Below are positions 9,499 to 20,334 of a stretch of 64,000 nucleotides of DNA, one piece after another. The stretch lies in the NCBI GenBank assembly GCA_042408215.1, contig JAYFMW010000003.1, forward strand, positions 1-64,000, in the 5' to 3' direction. The stretch comes from Microcoleus sp. (lineage in GTDB: Bacteria > Cyanobacteriota > Cyanobacteriia > Cyanobacteriales > Microcoleaceae). Position 1 is the stretch's first letter. Every line of letters starts with the position of its first letter. Under the pieces are notes generated by a model. The model made no database searches and was not told the origin of the DNA. It worked only from the letters and a program-made list of their open reading frames with translations. A program made the position numbers and the translations under genes.

Positions 9499-11502
9499 CT
9501 ACTTTTTAATAGCTAAACGCTTAATAGTATTTTCAATAAATTCTAAAGTCTTAAAAATATTAGCAGCCGAGTGAAATGATTCCCTGATTAACTCGTCCCT
9601 TTCTTCGGGAGAGTCTACCATTTCATCTACTAGCAATTTGAGATAAGCAATCATGGGAGTCAGGCGAGTCCGAATTTCGTAAGAACCTCTAATTAAAGCT
9701 TCATCGCGAGCGGCTTCTTCGGCAAATTGCATAGAATATAAGCGAGTGTAGTAACCTCCTTTTGTTAGCAATTCTTCGTGAGAACCCATCTCTACTACTT
9801 TGCCCCGATCGATCACAGCGATTTTATCCGCTTTTTGGACTGTTGAGAGGCGGTGGGCAATTACTAACGTTGTGCGATCGCAACTCAATTTCTCGATCGC
9901 CTCTTGCACATACCTTTCCGAAACCGTATCCAGGGAGCTCGTCGCCTCATCTAAAATTAAAATCTCCGGGTTTTGCAGCAGAGCTCTAGCAATGGAAATT
10001 CTCTGACGCTGCCCTCCTGATAGTATCACGCCGCGATCGCCAATTTGAGTATCCAACCCCTCCGGCAACTGTTCGATAAACTCGTAAGCATTTGCTCCCT
10101 TCGCCGCTTCCACAATTTCTGCTTCGCTGGCTTCTTGCCTAGCATAAGCAATATTTTCGCGCACTGAAGCATTAAACAAAAACGTATCTTGGCTAACAAT
10201 TCCCATAGCTTTTCTCAAGCTTTTTACATCAAATTCTCGCAGATCAATACCGTCAATCAAGATACAACCTTCCGTAGGATCGTAAAATCTCGGCAGTAAA
10301 TCTGCCAAAGTTGACTTGCCGGAACCAGAAGTGCCTACCAAAGCCAAAGTAGTGCCGTGAGGCAGAAACAAATCGACTTTTTGAAGAACTAAATTTTTAT
10401 GATTGGGATAGCTAAAAGATATTTCCTTAAAATGAATTCCCGATCGCAAGTGAGTGTACGGCACTGTGCCATTTAGCATAAATGGCTTGTCATCACAGCT
10501 TAAAAAATTATTCACAACCTCTACACTAGCCGAAGTAGTAGCAAATTGACTACGACCACTATTTAACTGAGAAATTAGAGGAATCAGCCGAAAAAGTACC
10601 AATAAATAGGTGAGTAAAACTGTAGAAATAGACTCTATTTCATTGGCAAATATTGTGCGCCCCATAAACACGATCAAAATAATCACTATCAAATTCACAA
10701 CTTCGTTAATCGGGGCGATCGCTGCATAGTTTACCTGAGCGGAAAAATCCGCTTCTTCTCGCCTTTGAATTAACTGCTTAATCCGCTGATACTCCCTTTC
10801 CTCGTTCCCCGTTGACTTCACCAACCGAATCCCAGTCATGGTTTCCAGTACCCTAACTGAATAATCTTTCGACATTTCGGATAGCTGATGACCAAAATGC
10901 TTAGAACGGGTAATAATATACTGATTTGTCCAAGCGACTAACCCCAACAAAATTGTAGATGTCACCGTCATTTTCCACGATATTGAAAGCAGCAAACCCA
11001 CAAACACCAAAACGGTAATTGAGGTAGTAAACATTCCTATAGCCGTGCCAACTGCACTAGCAGTCCGACCAACTTCTCCGCCCAATCTATTAATTAAATC
11101 CCCTACTTTAGTTTTTGAATAAAAATCTAAATCTACTTCTAGCAACAGCCGTAAACCGGCTTCTCGCAAGTCAAAAGTCAAAGCCCGCGTCAGAGAAGTA
11201 GCTACTAAAGTATTGGTATAACTCGCAATATTTTTCAAAATAATTGCCAAAACAATCGCCGCTGTCATCCAAACCAGCCGATGGTTTTGAGGCATTCCTT
11301 CAAAGGGATACATCAAAGTTTTAATTAAAGGTGGAGCGCCCCGCAACTCGACAGCTTCCTCTAAAAAACTTAAAAGCACTGGTACAATCAGAGTAGTGCT
11401 TATACCGTTGAATAAAGCCCCTGAAAAGCCCAGGATTACAGTCAACAAAATCCTGCCTGGATATCGTCTTGCAAATTTTAGGAGTAGCTTATTGGCAGAC
11501 AT
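9499..11502 (-). CDS. ABC exporter, fused permease/ATPase (HepA/MsbA-like) with C-terminal extension
   Basis: N-terminal TM domain; Walker A GTSGSGKST, signature LSGGQRQR, ILILDEATS, IAHRLST. Confidence 0.92.
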   Translation of the reverse strand: MSANKLLLKFARRYPGRILLTVILGFSGALFNGISTTLIVPVLLSFLEEAVELRGAPPLIKTLMYPFEGMPQNHRLVWMTAAIVLAIILKNIASYTNTLVATSLTRALTFDLREAGLRLLLEVDLDFYSKTKVGDLINRLGGEVGRTASAVGTAIGMFTTSITVLVFVGLLLSISWKMTVTSTILLGLVAWTNQYIITRSKHFGHQLSEMSKDYSVRVLETMTGIRLVKSTGNEEREYQRIKQLIQRREEADFSAQVNYAAIAPINEVVNLIVIILIVFMGRTIFANEIESISTVLLTYLLVLFRLIPLISQLNSGRSQFATTSASVEVVNNFLSCDDKPFMLNGTVPYTHLRSGIHFKEISFSYPNHKNLVLQKVDLFLPHGTTLALVGTSGSGKSTLADLLPRFYDPTEGCILIDGIDLREFDVKSLRKAMGIVSQDTFLFNASVRENIAYARQEASEAEIVEAAKGANAYEFIEQLPEGLDTQIGDRGVILSGGQRQRISIARALLQNPEILILDEATSSLDTVSERYVQEAIEKLSCDRTTLVIAHRLSTVQKADKIAVIDRGKVVEMGSHEELLTKGGYYTRLYSMQFAEEAARDEALIRGSYEIRTRLTPMIAYLKLLVDEMVDSPEERDELIRESFHSAANIFKTLEFIENTIKRLAIKK

Positions 11503-11594
11503 GAAGCATTCCCAGCTAAACAGTACGGCATCTCAAAACATTCTTTAATTACAGCCAGTTTATCTTCCTCCATTCAGTCACCTAAAAGTTACCT

Positions 11595-12746
11595 CTACCT
11601 ACCTGCAATTATATCTGAAAGGATAGGCGCCATTGTTTGAATGCTATATTTCTCTACGCATCTTTCCCTAGCTTTCATTCCTTGAAAATTCGCTGCTGTC
11701 AGATTTTGAAATATCCATTGAATTTTTTGGGAAATTTGAGCCGGAGAATTGGGATCGACTAAATAACCTGTTCCCCCTAAAATTGCTGGAATATCCCCCA
11801 CTCGTGTAGACAAAACAGGCTTAGCCATTGCCATGCCATCTGTCAGCTTGAGCGGAAACTGAGCCCGCGCTGTGAGAGTATCTCGCTGAGGAACAACCAC
11901 AATGTGAGCCGCCGCTACAACTTCAGGCATCGTCTCGACTGGAAACCTTGGCAGTTTAATAATCCAACGCCCCCATTGTTGCATAAGTCGATCGTCATAA
12001 TCATCATAAGGACTTCCGCCGACGATCGCTAATTTTAAATCTGGCTCATTTAACTGTTCGAGGGCCATCAAAACATCCTCCACACCTTTGTGAGGTCTCG
12101 GTGCACCGGGAAACATTAAAATTCTATATCCCGACAACCCGTAACGCTCTCGGCTCAATTCAGGATTGTATTTAGCAGGGTCGAACATTTCAGTATCTTT
12201 CCCATTCGGCAAATATATGCCACCAAAACGCTGTTTTAAGAACTCAGTATGAACGGTAACAGCATCGGCACGATTAACTAAACTTTCCATCCACTTGACA
12301 TATAGGGGATGATCTGGTTGTCTCAATTGACCATTTTTGGGGAAAATGTCTCGATAAAGTTGTTTGAAAGACGGATGATATTTCCATTCGTCTCCGCCGA
12401 ACCAGCTAAGTTCCCAGTCGTCTATATCTAAAATTACAGGGCGGCGAGTCTCCAGTTTTTTTAGCAACGATAAACCAAAGCTTGTAGGTTTAGGTTTCAC
12501 TGCATAAATAATATCCCCATCTATTTTTTTCCAAACTTTTTGAGCACTCATCAAAAACCCCGGATAATTTTTACCCGGTATCGCATATACTGGGATGCCT
12601 CTGGGAGGAATTGCGTACAACTCCTTGCCAAACTGAAATCCGATCGCTTCTACTTCGCAGTTAAGCTTAATCAGGGCTTGAGCTAGCAGAAAGGCACGAA
12701 TCGCACCTGCTCCCGACAAATCGCTCACTACTAATGAAACTTTCAC
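11595..12746 (-). CDS. Glycosyltransferase family 4 protein
   Basis: PRPHKGVED, FPLKLTDGMAMAKPVLSTRVGDIP. Confidence 0.9.
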   Translation of the reverse strand: MKVSLVVSDLSGAGAIRAFLLAQALIKLNCEVEAIGFQFGKELYAIPPRGIPVYAIPGKNYPGFLMSAQKVWKKIDGDIIYAVKPKPTSFGLSLLKKLETRRPVILDIDDWELSWFGGDEWKYHPSFKQLYRDIFPKNGQLRQPDHPLYVKWMESLVNRADAVTVHTEFLKQRFGGIYLPNGKDTEMFDPAKYNPELSRERYGLSGYRILMFPGAPRPHKGVEDVLMALEQLNEPDLKLAIVGGSPYDDYDDRLMQQWGRWIIKLPRFPVETMPEVVAAAHIVVVPQRDTLTARAQFPLKLTDGMAMAKPVLSTRVGDIPAILGGTGYLVDPNSPAQISQKIQWIFQNLTAANFQGMKARERCVEKYSIQTMAPILSDIIAGR

Positions 12747-13026
12747 TGGGGATTTTTTTTAAAACATTTGTTTTATTTTCCTGCTGAACTGAGTTTTTGT
12801 CAAGTTTAGCAAAGTAAACACTATTTTTTCTAGGTAAATTCTCGGATCTCTTAATGTGTTAACGCTCGACTGTCTTGAATTTATTGTCTGAATTTTGTTA
12901 CCCAAAAATGCCCCTGACTAATCAAGCTGCTGCTCAACTAAGGAAAAATGAAAAATGTTGGTTGGATTTTCCTATTTTTGCAAGACTTGATTAGTGGCGA
13001 AATACGATCGGGTAAATTACTGTAAA

Positions 13027-13854
13027 TTATTTTAAACGCCAGGGATTGTTAAGTTGATTTGGCAGAAATATTTTAGCAGTGCGATCGAATATTCTAGTAA
13101 ACAGTGTTCTCGTCACATTCTTCGCATACTGGGGGCGGTAAGGATAAGTACAGTGCATTACCTTAACCGGTGACTCGATCGCATAAATTGCTTTCCACTT
13201 GTCCAAGTAATTGTAAACAGGCGACAAGGTTTTCATTTTCGGCTTGACAGATGCAATAGCAGCAGCAAAAGCACCTTGGTCTTTCAGTAGTAGCACATCT
13301 TGATGAGCAATTACTAGATCGAAATATTTCTTAAAACTTAGGAATAACTCTTGATTTTTACGGCTTTTTTTAAAAGCGATAAATCCGCCATTGTATTGAA
13401 TACTTTTTTCGCCCAAAGGTAATCCTACAGATTGCAAAGTTGACAGAATATCTCCCTCAACTCTTAATAAATTAGCAGCTTTAGCGAGCGCAGGTTGTAC
13501 ATCTTCTGTCACCAGCAAATCCACTTCATCAAGATAGTCAAAAACCTCATATATTGGCGACAACAAACAAATATCGCAGTCCAGGTAAATAGTTTTCTCA
13601 AAAGGAGATACTTGATCTAAGCTCAGCTTAGCTTGCCGCGAGGCTAAAACAGGATTTTCGTGATGCGGTGCAGGCTGCAATCTGACATTTCCGAACACTT
13701 GAAGTAAGGGATATAAAACACAAGGAACTCTATCTATTAACACGATAATTGGTTCCCGGTGAAACTTCCTCACTGACGCCAGAAAATGAACGCAATCTTG
13801 GAAAGAGTATAAACCAGTTAAAATAGTGATAAATCCCTTGGTTTCTAATTTCAC
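13027..13854 (-). CDS. GT-A fold glycosyltransferase (GT8-like)
   Basis: SPFEKTIYLDCD, YNGGFIAF, DQGAF, VYNY, KVMH. Confidence 0.7.
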   Translation of the reverse strand: MKLETKGFITILTGLYSFQDCVHFLASVRKFHREPIIVLIDRVPCVLYPLLQVFGNVRLQPAPHHENPVLASRQAKLSLDQVSPFEKTIYLDCDICLLSPIYEVFDYLDEVDLLVTEDVQPALAKAANLLRVEGDILSTLQSVGLPLGEKSIQYNGGFIAFKKSRKNQELFLSFKKYFDLVIAHQDVLLLKDQGAFAAAIASVKPKMKTLSPVYNYLDKWKAIYAIESPVKVMHCTYPYRPQYAKNVTRTLFTRIFDRTAKIFLPNQLNNPWRLK

Positions 13855-13931
13855 TTTTCTCTCTGCGTCGCGGTCAGCGGCGCCCTATAATAATTCAATC
13901 TATTTGATTAGTGCCAGAGTATGCCATTAGC

Positions 13932-14864
13932 TCAATTAAAAATCAACGCATCTAGCTTGTCCAGAATTTTAGCATCTTGTTTCAGATCAAATTTGCGAGC
14001 AAAGTGGAAATTGCCATTAGTAATTGTGGCATAATCTTGAATTGTCAGCGTGCGGGGAGAACCAGCAACTGCTCCTCTATAATCAATGTAGCGCCGATCG
14101 TCATTCACCAAATTAAAACTTTTGCTATTCACCAATATAGTTTGTACAAAAGACTCTTCAGGTACTACAGTTCCTTGATAGTAGGCAACAAACTCCGGGC
14201 GACTGTCAACAAAATTTTTGATATATTCAACGCACTTTCGAGAAAGAGTATACCACGCCCGACCCCCATAGCAAATAAATTCATTGTTAAATGGAGTTGA
14301 GCGGCACGGTATCCCTACCAGTGGCCCATAAGTCAGATAAAATTTCAGCCAAGTCATTTTTTTGACGATCGGCAATTGCTGAAAATCTTTCAAAAAAAGG
14401 TAGCTAGATTCCCCTGGAATGCGCCAGTAAATACAATAATACCGCTTAAATCCCTTGTCTCGATCCCAAGGTATTTGGTCAGCAAAAATATCCCAATAGC
14501 TGATCAAACCATCAGCGTCTGTGTTGGCGAGAAACTTTTCAGTTTCTGACAGGGGCTGAGTCGGATAATCTTGACCGGTCAGATTGATTAGCCAGTCAAA
14601 ATCAGAATTGTTTTCAAACAACCAGTTAACTGCATTTAAGTAGGGTTGAACTTGACAAGAAAAATCACCTCGGATTAAATACTCCTGATTTTGTAATAAA
14701 TGTATATCTGACAAATCTTGAAGCGGGGTCAAGTCTAAATCGCACCGATTAAAGTTGTGATTAATCAGAATTTGAGAATCAGGACTCGATCGCTTAATTG
14801 TGCGAACCAGTCGATAAATTTGGCTAGGATTTTGATGGGTTTGGATAAAATAGCAAATTTTCAT
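13932..14864 (-). CDS. Core-2/I-branching beta-1,6-N-acetylglucosaminyltransferase (GT14)
   Basis: ICYFIQTH, INLTGQDYP, PEESFVQTILVN, HFARKFD. ATG overlaps the upstream stop (ATGA). Confidence 0.88.
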   Translation of the reverse strand: MKICYFIQTHQNPSQIYRLVRTIKRSSPDSQILINHNFNRCDLDLTPLQDLSDIHLLQNQEYLIRGDFSCQVQPYLNAVNWLFENNSDFDWLINLTGQDYPTQPLSETEKFLANTDADGLISYWDIFADQIPWDRDKGFKRYYCIYWRIPGESSYLFLKDFQQLPIVKKMTWLKFYLTYGPLVGIPCRSTPFNNEFICYGGRAWYTLSRKCVEYIKNFVDSRPEFVAYYQGTVVPEESFVQTILVNSKSFNLVNDDRRYIDYRGAVAGSPRTLTIQDYATITNGNFHFARKFDLKQDAKILDKLDALIFN

Positions 14865-15898
14865 GGTGATTTGACAGATAAAAGTTGATCGAACTGGCGT
14901 TGTACGCGGTTCGCTTTCAGAATTAGATAGCGACGCATCAAAAATATTTGCTGTTGTACAACTGATGCCATACACCAGCGGTAATAGGCGGGAACAGCGA
15001 CGTTTGTCAAAAAATTACGCCACTGGAAAGTAATTTGAGTATTACCCATGTCCTGAGTTCTGAGCGTGCCATTGTTTACCATTTTTTGGCGCAAATTAAA
15101 ATCATTTTTCAGACGAAATAGAGCAGCAATTGCCTCCTCTGCCGAAGCTACTTCTATGTAGTCAAGTTCACTTTTGCGCTCATGGCGATAGGCAGATTCC
15201 CGCCCCAGAACGGCTGGAATGCCCGCGTGCCAAGCGTTAATCAATTTCGAGGCTGGTTTCGAGTCAAAAGTGTTACTGCCCTCAAAACTGCGAACAGCCA
15301 CGATGACATCAACTTCGCTGTAGTCGTGCCAGCGATCGCATTTTATCACCTCCCACCGCAAACCCAAAGCATTGAGTTGTTCCTCCCACTGTGGTTGTTG
15401 CAATTGAGCAGCTAGAGTGTCTAAAACGCCGAAAAAAGCAGCATTTTCAAAACGATCGCCCCGGCTGCGATCGCGCGGAATTAACTTTGATTGCAGCCAA
15501 AATCTCAGGGGATAACTCTGCCACAAAAATTGCGATCGCTTCAACAATTCATCTTGATTATTTTGCACAACTTGTAACTGAGCATAGGGGTGAGGTTCTC
15601 GATCTACTTTAATACAAACAATCAGCAACTTTGAGGATGGTTTTAAGTTGTCAGACAAAAAATCGCGATGGGAAATCACAATACCTTCCTTCGGCATAAA
15701 ATCTATTAATTTACATGACAACCCATCGGCTTTCAAATAAAGATAAGTTTGCAAAGTCCAGTCATACTTTCCCCTGCCGTACCTGCTGCCCCAAGCACTC
15801 ATCCAGTCGCCATATTCCTCTGGAATTTGGGGCAGATATCCTACAGGCCACTGGCTTTGGGGAATATAAAAATAAATCGGTGGTAAACTTTCTTTCAT
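14861..15898 (-). CDS. Putative glycosyltransferase (GT-B-like)
   Basis: DYSEVDVIVAVR, KPASKLINAWHAGIPAVLG; located in the GT operon; start uncertain. Confidence 0.65.
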   Translation of the reverse strand: MKESLPPIYFYIPQSQWPVGYLPQIPEEYGDWMSAWGSRYGRGKYDWTLQTYLYLKADGLSCKLIDFMPKEGIVISHRDFLSDNLKPSSKLLIVCIKVDREPHPYAQLQVVQNNQDELLKRSQFLWQSYPLRFWLQSKLIPRDRSRGDRFENAAFFGVLDTLAAQLQQPQWEEQLNALGLRWEVIKCDRWHDYSEVDVIVAVRSFEGSNTFDSKPASKLINAWHAGIPAVLGRESAYRHERKSELDYIEVASAEEAIAALFRLKNDFNLRQKMVNNGTLRTQDMGNTQITFQWRNFLTNVAVPAYYRWCMASVVQQQIFLMRRYLILKANRVQRQFDQLLSVKSP

Positions 15899-15940
15899 CT
15901 CAAACTTAGATTTAGCAAATGACAAATATTTTTAGGACTT

Positions 15941-16004
15941 GTAAGGTGCGTCAGACATGGATTATTTCGATTTAAACAGGTTTTTTGGATCTGACGCACC
16001 CTAC
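15941..16004. repeat. REP-like palindrome
   Basis: GTAAGGTGCGTCAGA...TCTGACGCACCCTAC. Confidence 0.7.
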
Positions 16005-16020
16005 GGATTTGTCTTGATGC

Positions 16021-17025
16021 TTATGCTTGCGAGTGGCGTTTTTGGTGCCATTGCCAAGCATGGGATATAATATCCTTAATATCTGGATATTCGGGAACCC
16101 AACCGAGTGTTTTTATGGCTTTTTCGCTGCTGCCAACTAAAGCAGGAGGGTCTCCCGGACGCCGATCGCACTCAACAGCTTTTATCTCTTTTTCCGTCAC
16201 TTGACGAGCCGTTTCTATCACCTCTTTTACCGAAAATCCACCGCCGTTGCCTAAATTAAAGAAATCTGATTTCCCGCCATTTAACAAATATTCTAATCCC
16301 AAAATATGAGCCGATGCCAAATCGTTAACGTGAATGTAATCCCGAATACAAGTACCGTCAGGAGTCTCGTAATCGGTGCCAAAAATTGCGATCGACTCTC
16401 GCTTTCCCAAAGCAGCAAACAACACCAGCGGAATCAGGTGAGTTTCTGGGTTGTGATCCTCTCCCAACAACCCACTCGGCTCTGCACCAGCGGCATTAAA
16501 ATAGCGGAAGGAAACAGACTTAAAGTTATAAGCAGTATCAAAATCCGACAAAATCCGTTCTACCATTAACTTAGTAGCACCGTAGGGATTGATCGGGTTT
16601 TGCGGGTGATCTTCTGTGAGGGGAATCCTCTGGGGCACGCCGTAAGTTGCACAGGTAGAAGAAAACACAAACTTATTCACCCCAGCAGCTATCATCGCCT
16701 CCAAAAGGGTAATAGTGCCGATGACATTATTGCGGTAATATTTAGCTGGGTCGGTAACAGATTCGCCCACGTAAGCGTAAGCAGAAAAGTGCATTACCGC
16801 TGCAATATTGTGAGTGGCAAATAGGCTGTCAACCAGCGGGCGATCGCTGGTATCTCCCACCACCAATTCTACCTGCAAAACCTGCTCTACTAAATCTCTG
16901 TGCCCGTAAACTAAATTATCCAGAATCACCACGCCGTAACCGGCGCGTTTTAGTGCCAATACCGCGTGAGAGCCAATGTAACCAGCTCCCCCCGTCACCA
17001 AAATAGTTTTCTTTTCTGCACTCAT
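16021..17025 (-). CDS. galE: UDP-glucose 4-epimerase
   Basis: VTGGAGYIGSH, FSSTCATYG, YGATK, FRYFNAAGA, GTCIRDYIHV. Confidence 0.97.
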   Translation of the reverse strand: MSAEKKTILVTGGAGYIGSHAVLALKRAGYGVVILDNLVYGHRDLVEQVLQVELVVGDTSDRPLVDSLFATHNIAAVMHFSAYAYVGESVTDPAKYYRNNVIGTITLLEAMIAAGVNKFVFSSTCATYGVPQRIPLTEDHPQNPINPYGATKLMVERILSDFDTAYNFKSVSFRYFNAAGAEPSGLLGEDHNPETHLIPLVLFAALGKRESIAIFGTDYETPDGTCIRDYIHVNDLASAHILGLEYLLNGGKSDFFNLGNGGGFSVKEVIETARQVTEKEIKAVECDRRPGDPPALVGSSEKAIKTLGWVPEYPDIKDIISHAWQWHQKRHSQA

Positions 17026-17079
17026 AATATTGCTGCCTTTGCTTAGATGTTCGGCTGTTTACGATCTTATTTTACTACT

Positions 17080-17286
17080 TCAATCAACAAATTTCAGCCG
17101 ACCAATTTGAATATAATCAAAAACTCGATTAATTTGATATCGTTCCTCCTCAGAAATTTTATCATCGGACAGGATAGCAGAAGTCAGCATCAAATGTTCC
17201 CGACGAGCGAGCTTGCCAGATGAGACGATCCGCTCTACTATTTGAGAAATTGTTAAGTTGGATTTATTTAGAGATGTTCGTGACAT
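17080..17286 (-). CDS. Small hypothetical protein
   Basis: 68-aa ATG ORF co-oriented upstream of galE, plausible composition. Confidence 0.65.
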   Translation of the reverse strand: MSRTSLNKSNLTISQIVERIVSSGKLARREHLMLTSAILSDDKISEEERYQINRVFDYIQIGRLKFVD

Positions 17287-17394
17287 AAGTTGATGTTTCT
17301 ATGTAATAATTAAAGCAGTTGGCAGTTTTTCAGGAACCAGCTCAGCGTTCTCATTCATTGTAAATAAATAATCCCCGTTGAGAGGCAGTTTTTT

Positions 17395-18168
17395 ATGCAA
17401 GTTTATCGACTTCCGGTGCTGTCCGACAACTATATTTTTTTGCTCCACGATCGCGATCGCCACACAGCCGCGGTCGTCGATCCAGCGCAAGCACAGCCAG
17501 TCTTGCAGCAACTGCAAGCACTCGGAGCCGAATTGACGGCAATTTTTAACACGCACCACCACAGCGACCACGTAGGTGGGAACCAGCAACTGATCGATCG
17601 CTTCCCCCAAGTTACAGTTTACGGCGGCGCAGAAGACCGAGGCAGAATTCCGGGACAGCAAGTCTTTTTACAAGCGGGCGATCGAGTTTCTTTCGCCAAC
17701 AGAACCGCCTCCATCCTCTTCATACCAGGACACACAAAAGCTCACATCGCTTACTATTTTCCCCCCAACAACCCAGACGAAACCGGCGAATTGTTCTGCG
17801 GTGACACCTTATTTGCTGGAGGCTGTGGCCGACTGTTTGAAGGTACTCCCGCCCAAATGGTAGCTTCCCTCAGCCAATTGCGAAACTTGCCAGACAATAC
17901 AAGAGTCTGGTGCGCTCACGAATACACGCTGAAAAACCTGCAATTTGCGCTGAGCGTAGATGGGGACAATCTAGATTTACAGCACCGCTTCGCCGAAGTC
18001 AAGGAAGCTCGCAGTCTCGCGCAAGCTACAGTACCATCTTCGATCGGGCTGGAAAAAAGCACTAACCCATTTTTGCGCTGGGATTTTCCTAACCTCCAGT
18101 CAGCCGCCAACAGCCAAGATCCCGTGCAAACTTTCGCTCGTTTGCGCGGGATGAAAGACCAATTTTGA
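17395..18168 (+). CDS. gloB: Hydroxyacylglutathione hydrolase (glyoxalase II)
   Basis: [43 protein letters not shown]. Confidence 0.95.
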   Translation: MQVYRLPVLSDNYIFLLHDRDRHTAAVVDPAQAQPVLQQLQALGAELTAIFNTHHHSDHVGGNQQLIDRFPQVTVYGGAEDRGRIPGQQVFLQAGDRVSFANRTASILFIPGHTKAHIAYYFPPNNPDETGELFCGDTLFAGGCGRLFEGTPAQMVASLSQLRNLPDNTRVWCAHEYTLKNLQFALSVDGDNLDLQHRFAEVKEARSLAQATVPSSIGLEKSTNPFLRWDFPNLQSAANSQDPVQTFARLRGMKDQF

Positions 18169-18205
18169 GGAGTACATAGCATGAGGGAGTTGATTTGACG
18201 ATACC

Positions 18206-19045
18206 TTACCGTTTTTTCTTTTTCAGGTAGCTCTTAAATTTGACGATCGGTTCCCTCAACCACGGCTCCCATCTTCTGTATTTTAGTCTGAAGCTGGAAA
18301 GCCAATCGGACTTATTTTGAATTTTTTGCAGTTCGTCCTTAAATGGTGTTTGAGACAACATTTCCACCCATAGTTTATTTGGTGTGGGGCTTTCCCACGG
18401 TTTCGGTCTTGACATAAAGTGCATCACTTTAGTTGACATATCTTCAGTATTATGATTGTTCCATATCTGATCTAATTGCTTCCACCTACCCGCTAAAACT
18501 GAATTTAATGCCCCCTGGTCGCAATCGCCCCAAAGGTTGAAGTGAGCGTTTTTCATCAATTTTTTTGACAGTTCTTCTTGGAGCCAAAGCTTCATGTTGT
18601 AAACTAAGAAACCTGAATTGAAATAAGGGCTTCGATCTTGAGGATTGTCAGGATTTCCCCAGACGTTAGGCGCGGCTGCTATTGGCATTCCTTGAAAGTC
18701 TACGTTCCAAATCGGCTCTAAGCTTCCCAGAACGATCGTGTCGCTGTCGAGCCAAATCAGCCTTTCTGTTGCTTTTGTATATTTTTCAGGCTCCAATTTA
18801 ACGTAAGCGAGTTTCGAGTTATTTAAAGACAGAAGTTCTTCGTAATTAGATTGCACTTCTTGCCAATCAATTGCGTATTTACAGCAATTCTGTAACTGTT
18901 CCTTTTGCTGTGTATTTATCCCTGTTGATACGAGGGTAATTTTGACCGACTGATGCACATCGTTGCTAGCATTGAGAGCTATTGACTTGAGAAGTGCTGC
19001 TAGCCCTAAAATATAGTTTTGATCGCCGGCTATGAATAGGTGCAT
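18206..19045 (-). CDS. Glycosyltransferase family 8 protein
   Basis: IWLDSDTIV, YFNSGFLV, DQGALN, HFMSRPKPW. Confidence 0.9.
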   Translation of the reverse strand: MHLFIAGDQNYILGLAALLKSIALNASNDVHQSVKITLVSTGINTQQKEQLQNCCKYAIDWQEVQSNYEELLSLNNSKLAYVKLEPEKYTKATERLIWLDSDTIVLGSLEPIWNVDFQGMPIAAAPNVWGNPDNPQDRSPYFNSGFLVYNMKLWLQEELSKKLMKNAHFNLWGDCDQGALNSVLAGRWKQLDQIWNNHNTEDMSTKVMHFMSRPKPWESPTPNKLWVEMLSQTPFKDELQKIQNKSDWLSSFRLKYRRWEPWLREPIVKFKSYLKKKKR

Positions 19046-19343
19046 GGGACTGATTTAATCTAATGATGGAATTAAATACCAAGAAACTTGCTTCGGGTAA
19101 AACCAACAGCAACAAAAGGTGCGATCGGCTCTACCCGCGACGACCTGTCTACTTTGGCCTGTAAAATTTAGTTGGCATCGCCCTTAACCTCGACAATCAG
19201 CCATCTGTTGGCCGATCGCAGCCATCGATCTTAGCATCGAAAGCCGGGAGCGTCATCCGATTTGAGATTTGAGATTTGAGATTGAGCCCACAGATTACTT
19301 TCTTCCTTAAAAGATTTTAACCCGGTTTTTTTTCCTAATGCCA

Positions 19344-19427
19344 ACAGCCCACAGCCCACAGCCCACAGCCACAGCCCACAGCCCACAGCCCACAGCCCAC
19401 AGCCCACAGCCCACAGCCCACAGCCCA
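19344..19427. repeat. STRR heptamer tract (ACAGCCC)n
   Basis: Direct reading. Confidence 0.9.
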
Positions 19428-19503
19428 CTGACTTATCCCTTGCGATCGCCCCTCAAACTTCGCTATTATAAAAAGTTGGAGTTAAAAACCACTAGCAACG
19501 ATC

Positions 19504-19962
19504 ATGGCCAAGCGCGTCCAATTAGTTTTAAATAAAGATGTCAGCAAACTCGGCAAAGCTGGCGACGTAGTAGAAGTAGCCCCGGGCTATGCCCGCAACT
19601 ACCTAGTACCCCAAGGCATGGGATTTCGTGCCACTCCCGGCATTCTCAAGCAAGCAGAACGTCGCCGAGAAGAAGAAAGACTGCGCCAGCTAGAACTCAA
19701 GCAGCAAGCTGAAGTTCGCAAAACAGCCCTGGAAGCGGCAGGCCCTTTCATCATCTCCAAGCAAGTCGGCGAAGCAGAGTCTATTTTTGGTACTGTCACC
19801 AACCAAGAAGTAGCAGAACTGATTTTCAACTCTACCAGTCTAGAGGTCGATCGGCGTGGCATCACCCTGCCCGAAATTCGCAAAACTGGTACTTACAAAG
19901 CTGAAATCAAATTGCACGCAGAAGTTACCGCCGAAGTTGATATTCAAGTCACCCCGATGTAG
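19504..19962 (+). CDS. rplI: 50S ribosomal protein L9
   Basis: [27 protein letters not shown]; upstream of dnaB. Confidence 0.97.
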   Translation: MAKRVQLVLNKDVSKLGKAGDVVEVAPGYARNYLVPQGMGFRATPGILKQAERRREEERLRQLELKQQAEVRKTALEAAGPFIISKQVGEAESIFGTVTNQEVAELIFNSTSLEVDRRGITLPEIRKTGTYKAEIKLHAEVTAEVDIQVTPM

Positions 19963-20002
19963 TACAAGAGTCATTAGTCATTAGTCATTAGTTATTAGTT
20001 AT

Positions 20003-20073
20003 TAGACATCTCCCATAATTATTGTGGAACAGGCATCCTGCCTGTTCTTCGCTATCTTTTTAGGAGAGGTCTA
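20003..20073. repeat. Short MITE-like inverted-repeat element
   Basis: TAGACATCTCC...GGAGAGGTCTA termini with an internal GAACAGGCA/TGCCTGTTC hairpin. Confidence 0.55.
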
Positions 20074-20334
20074 TTAGTTATTTGTTACTGGCTGGGGGCT
20101 GCTAACAACTAATCACAAATAACTAATAACATTAGTCAACCGTAAACCGTCAACAGTCAACAAATAACAAATGAGCGACTTGATGCCAACAAATGTAGAG
20201 GCAGAAGAAGCAATTCTGGGCGGAATTTTAGTATTAGTTATTTGTTATTTGTTACTGGCTGGGGGCTGCTAATAACTAATCACCAATAACCAATAACAAC
20301 TCACCAATAACAACTCACCAATAACCAATAACAA

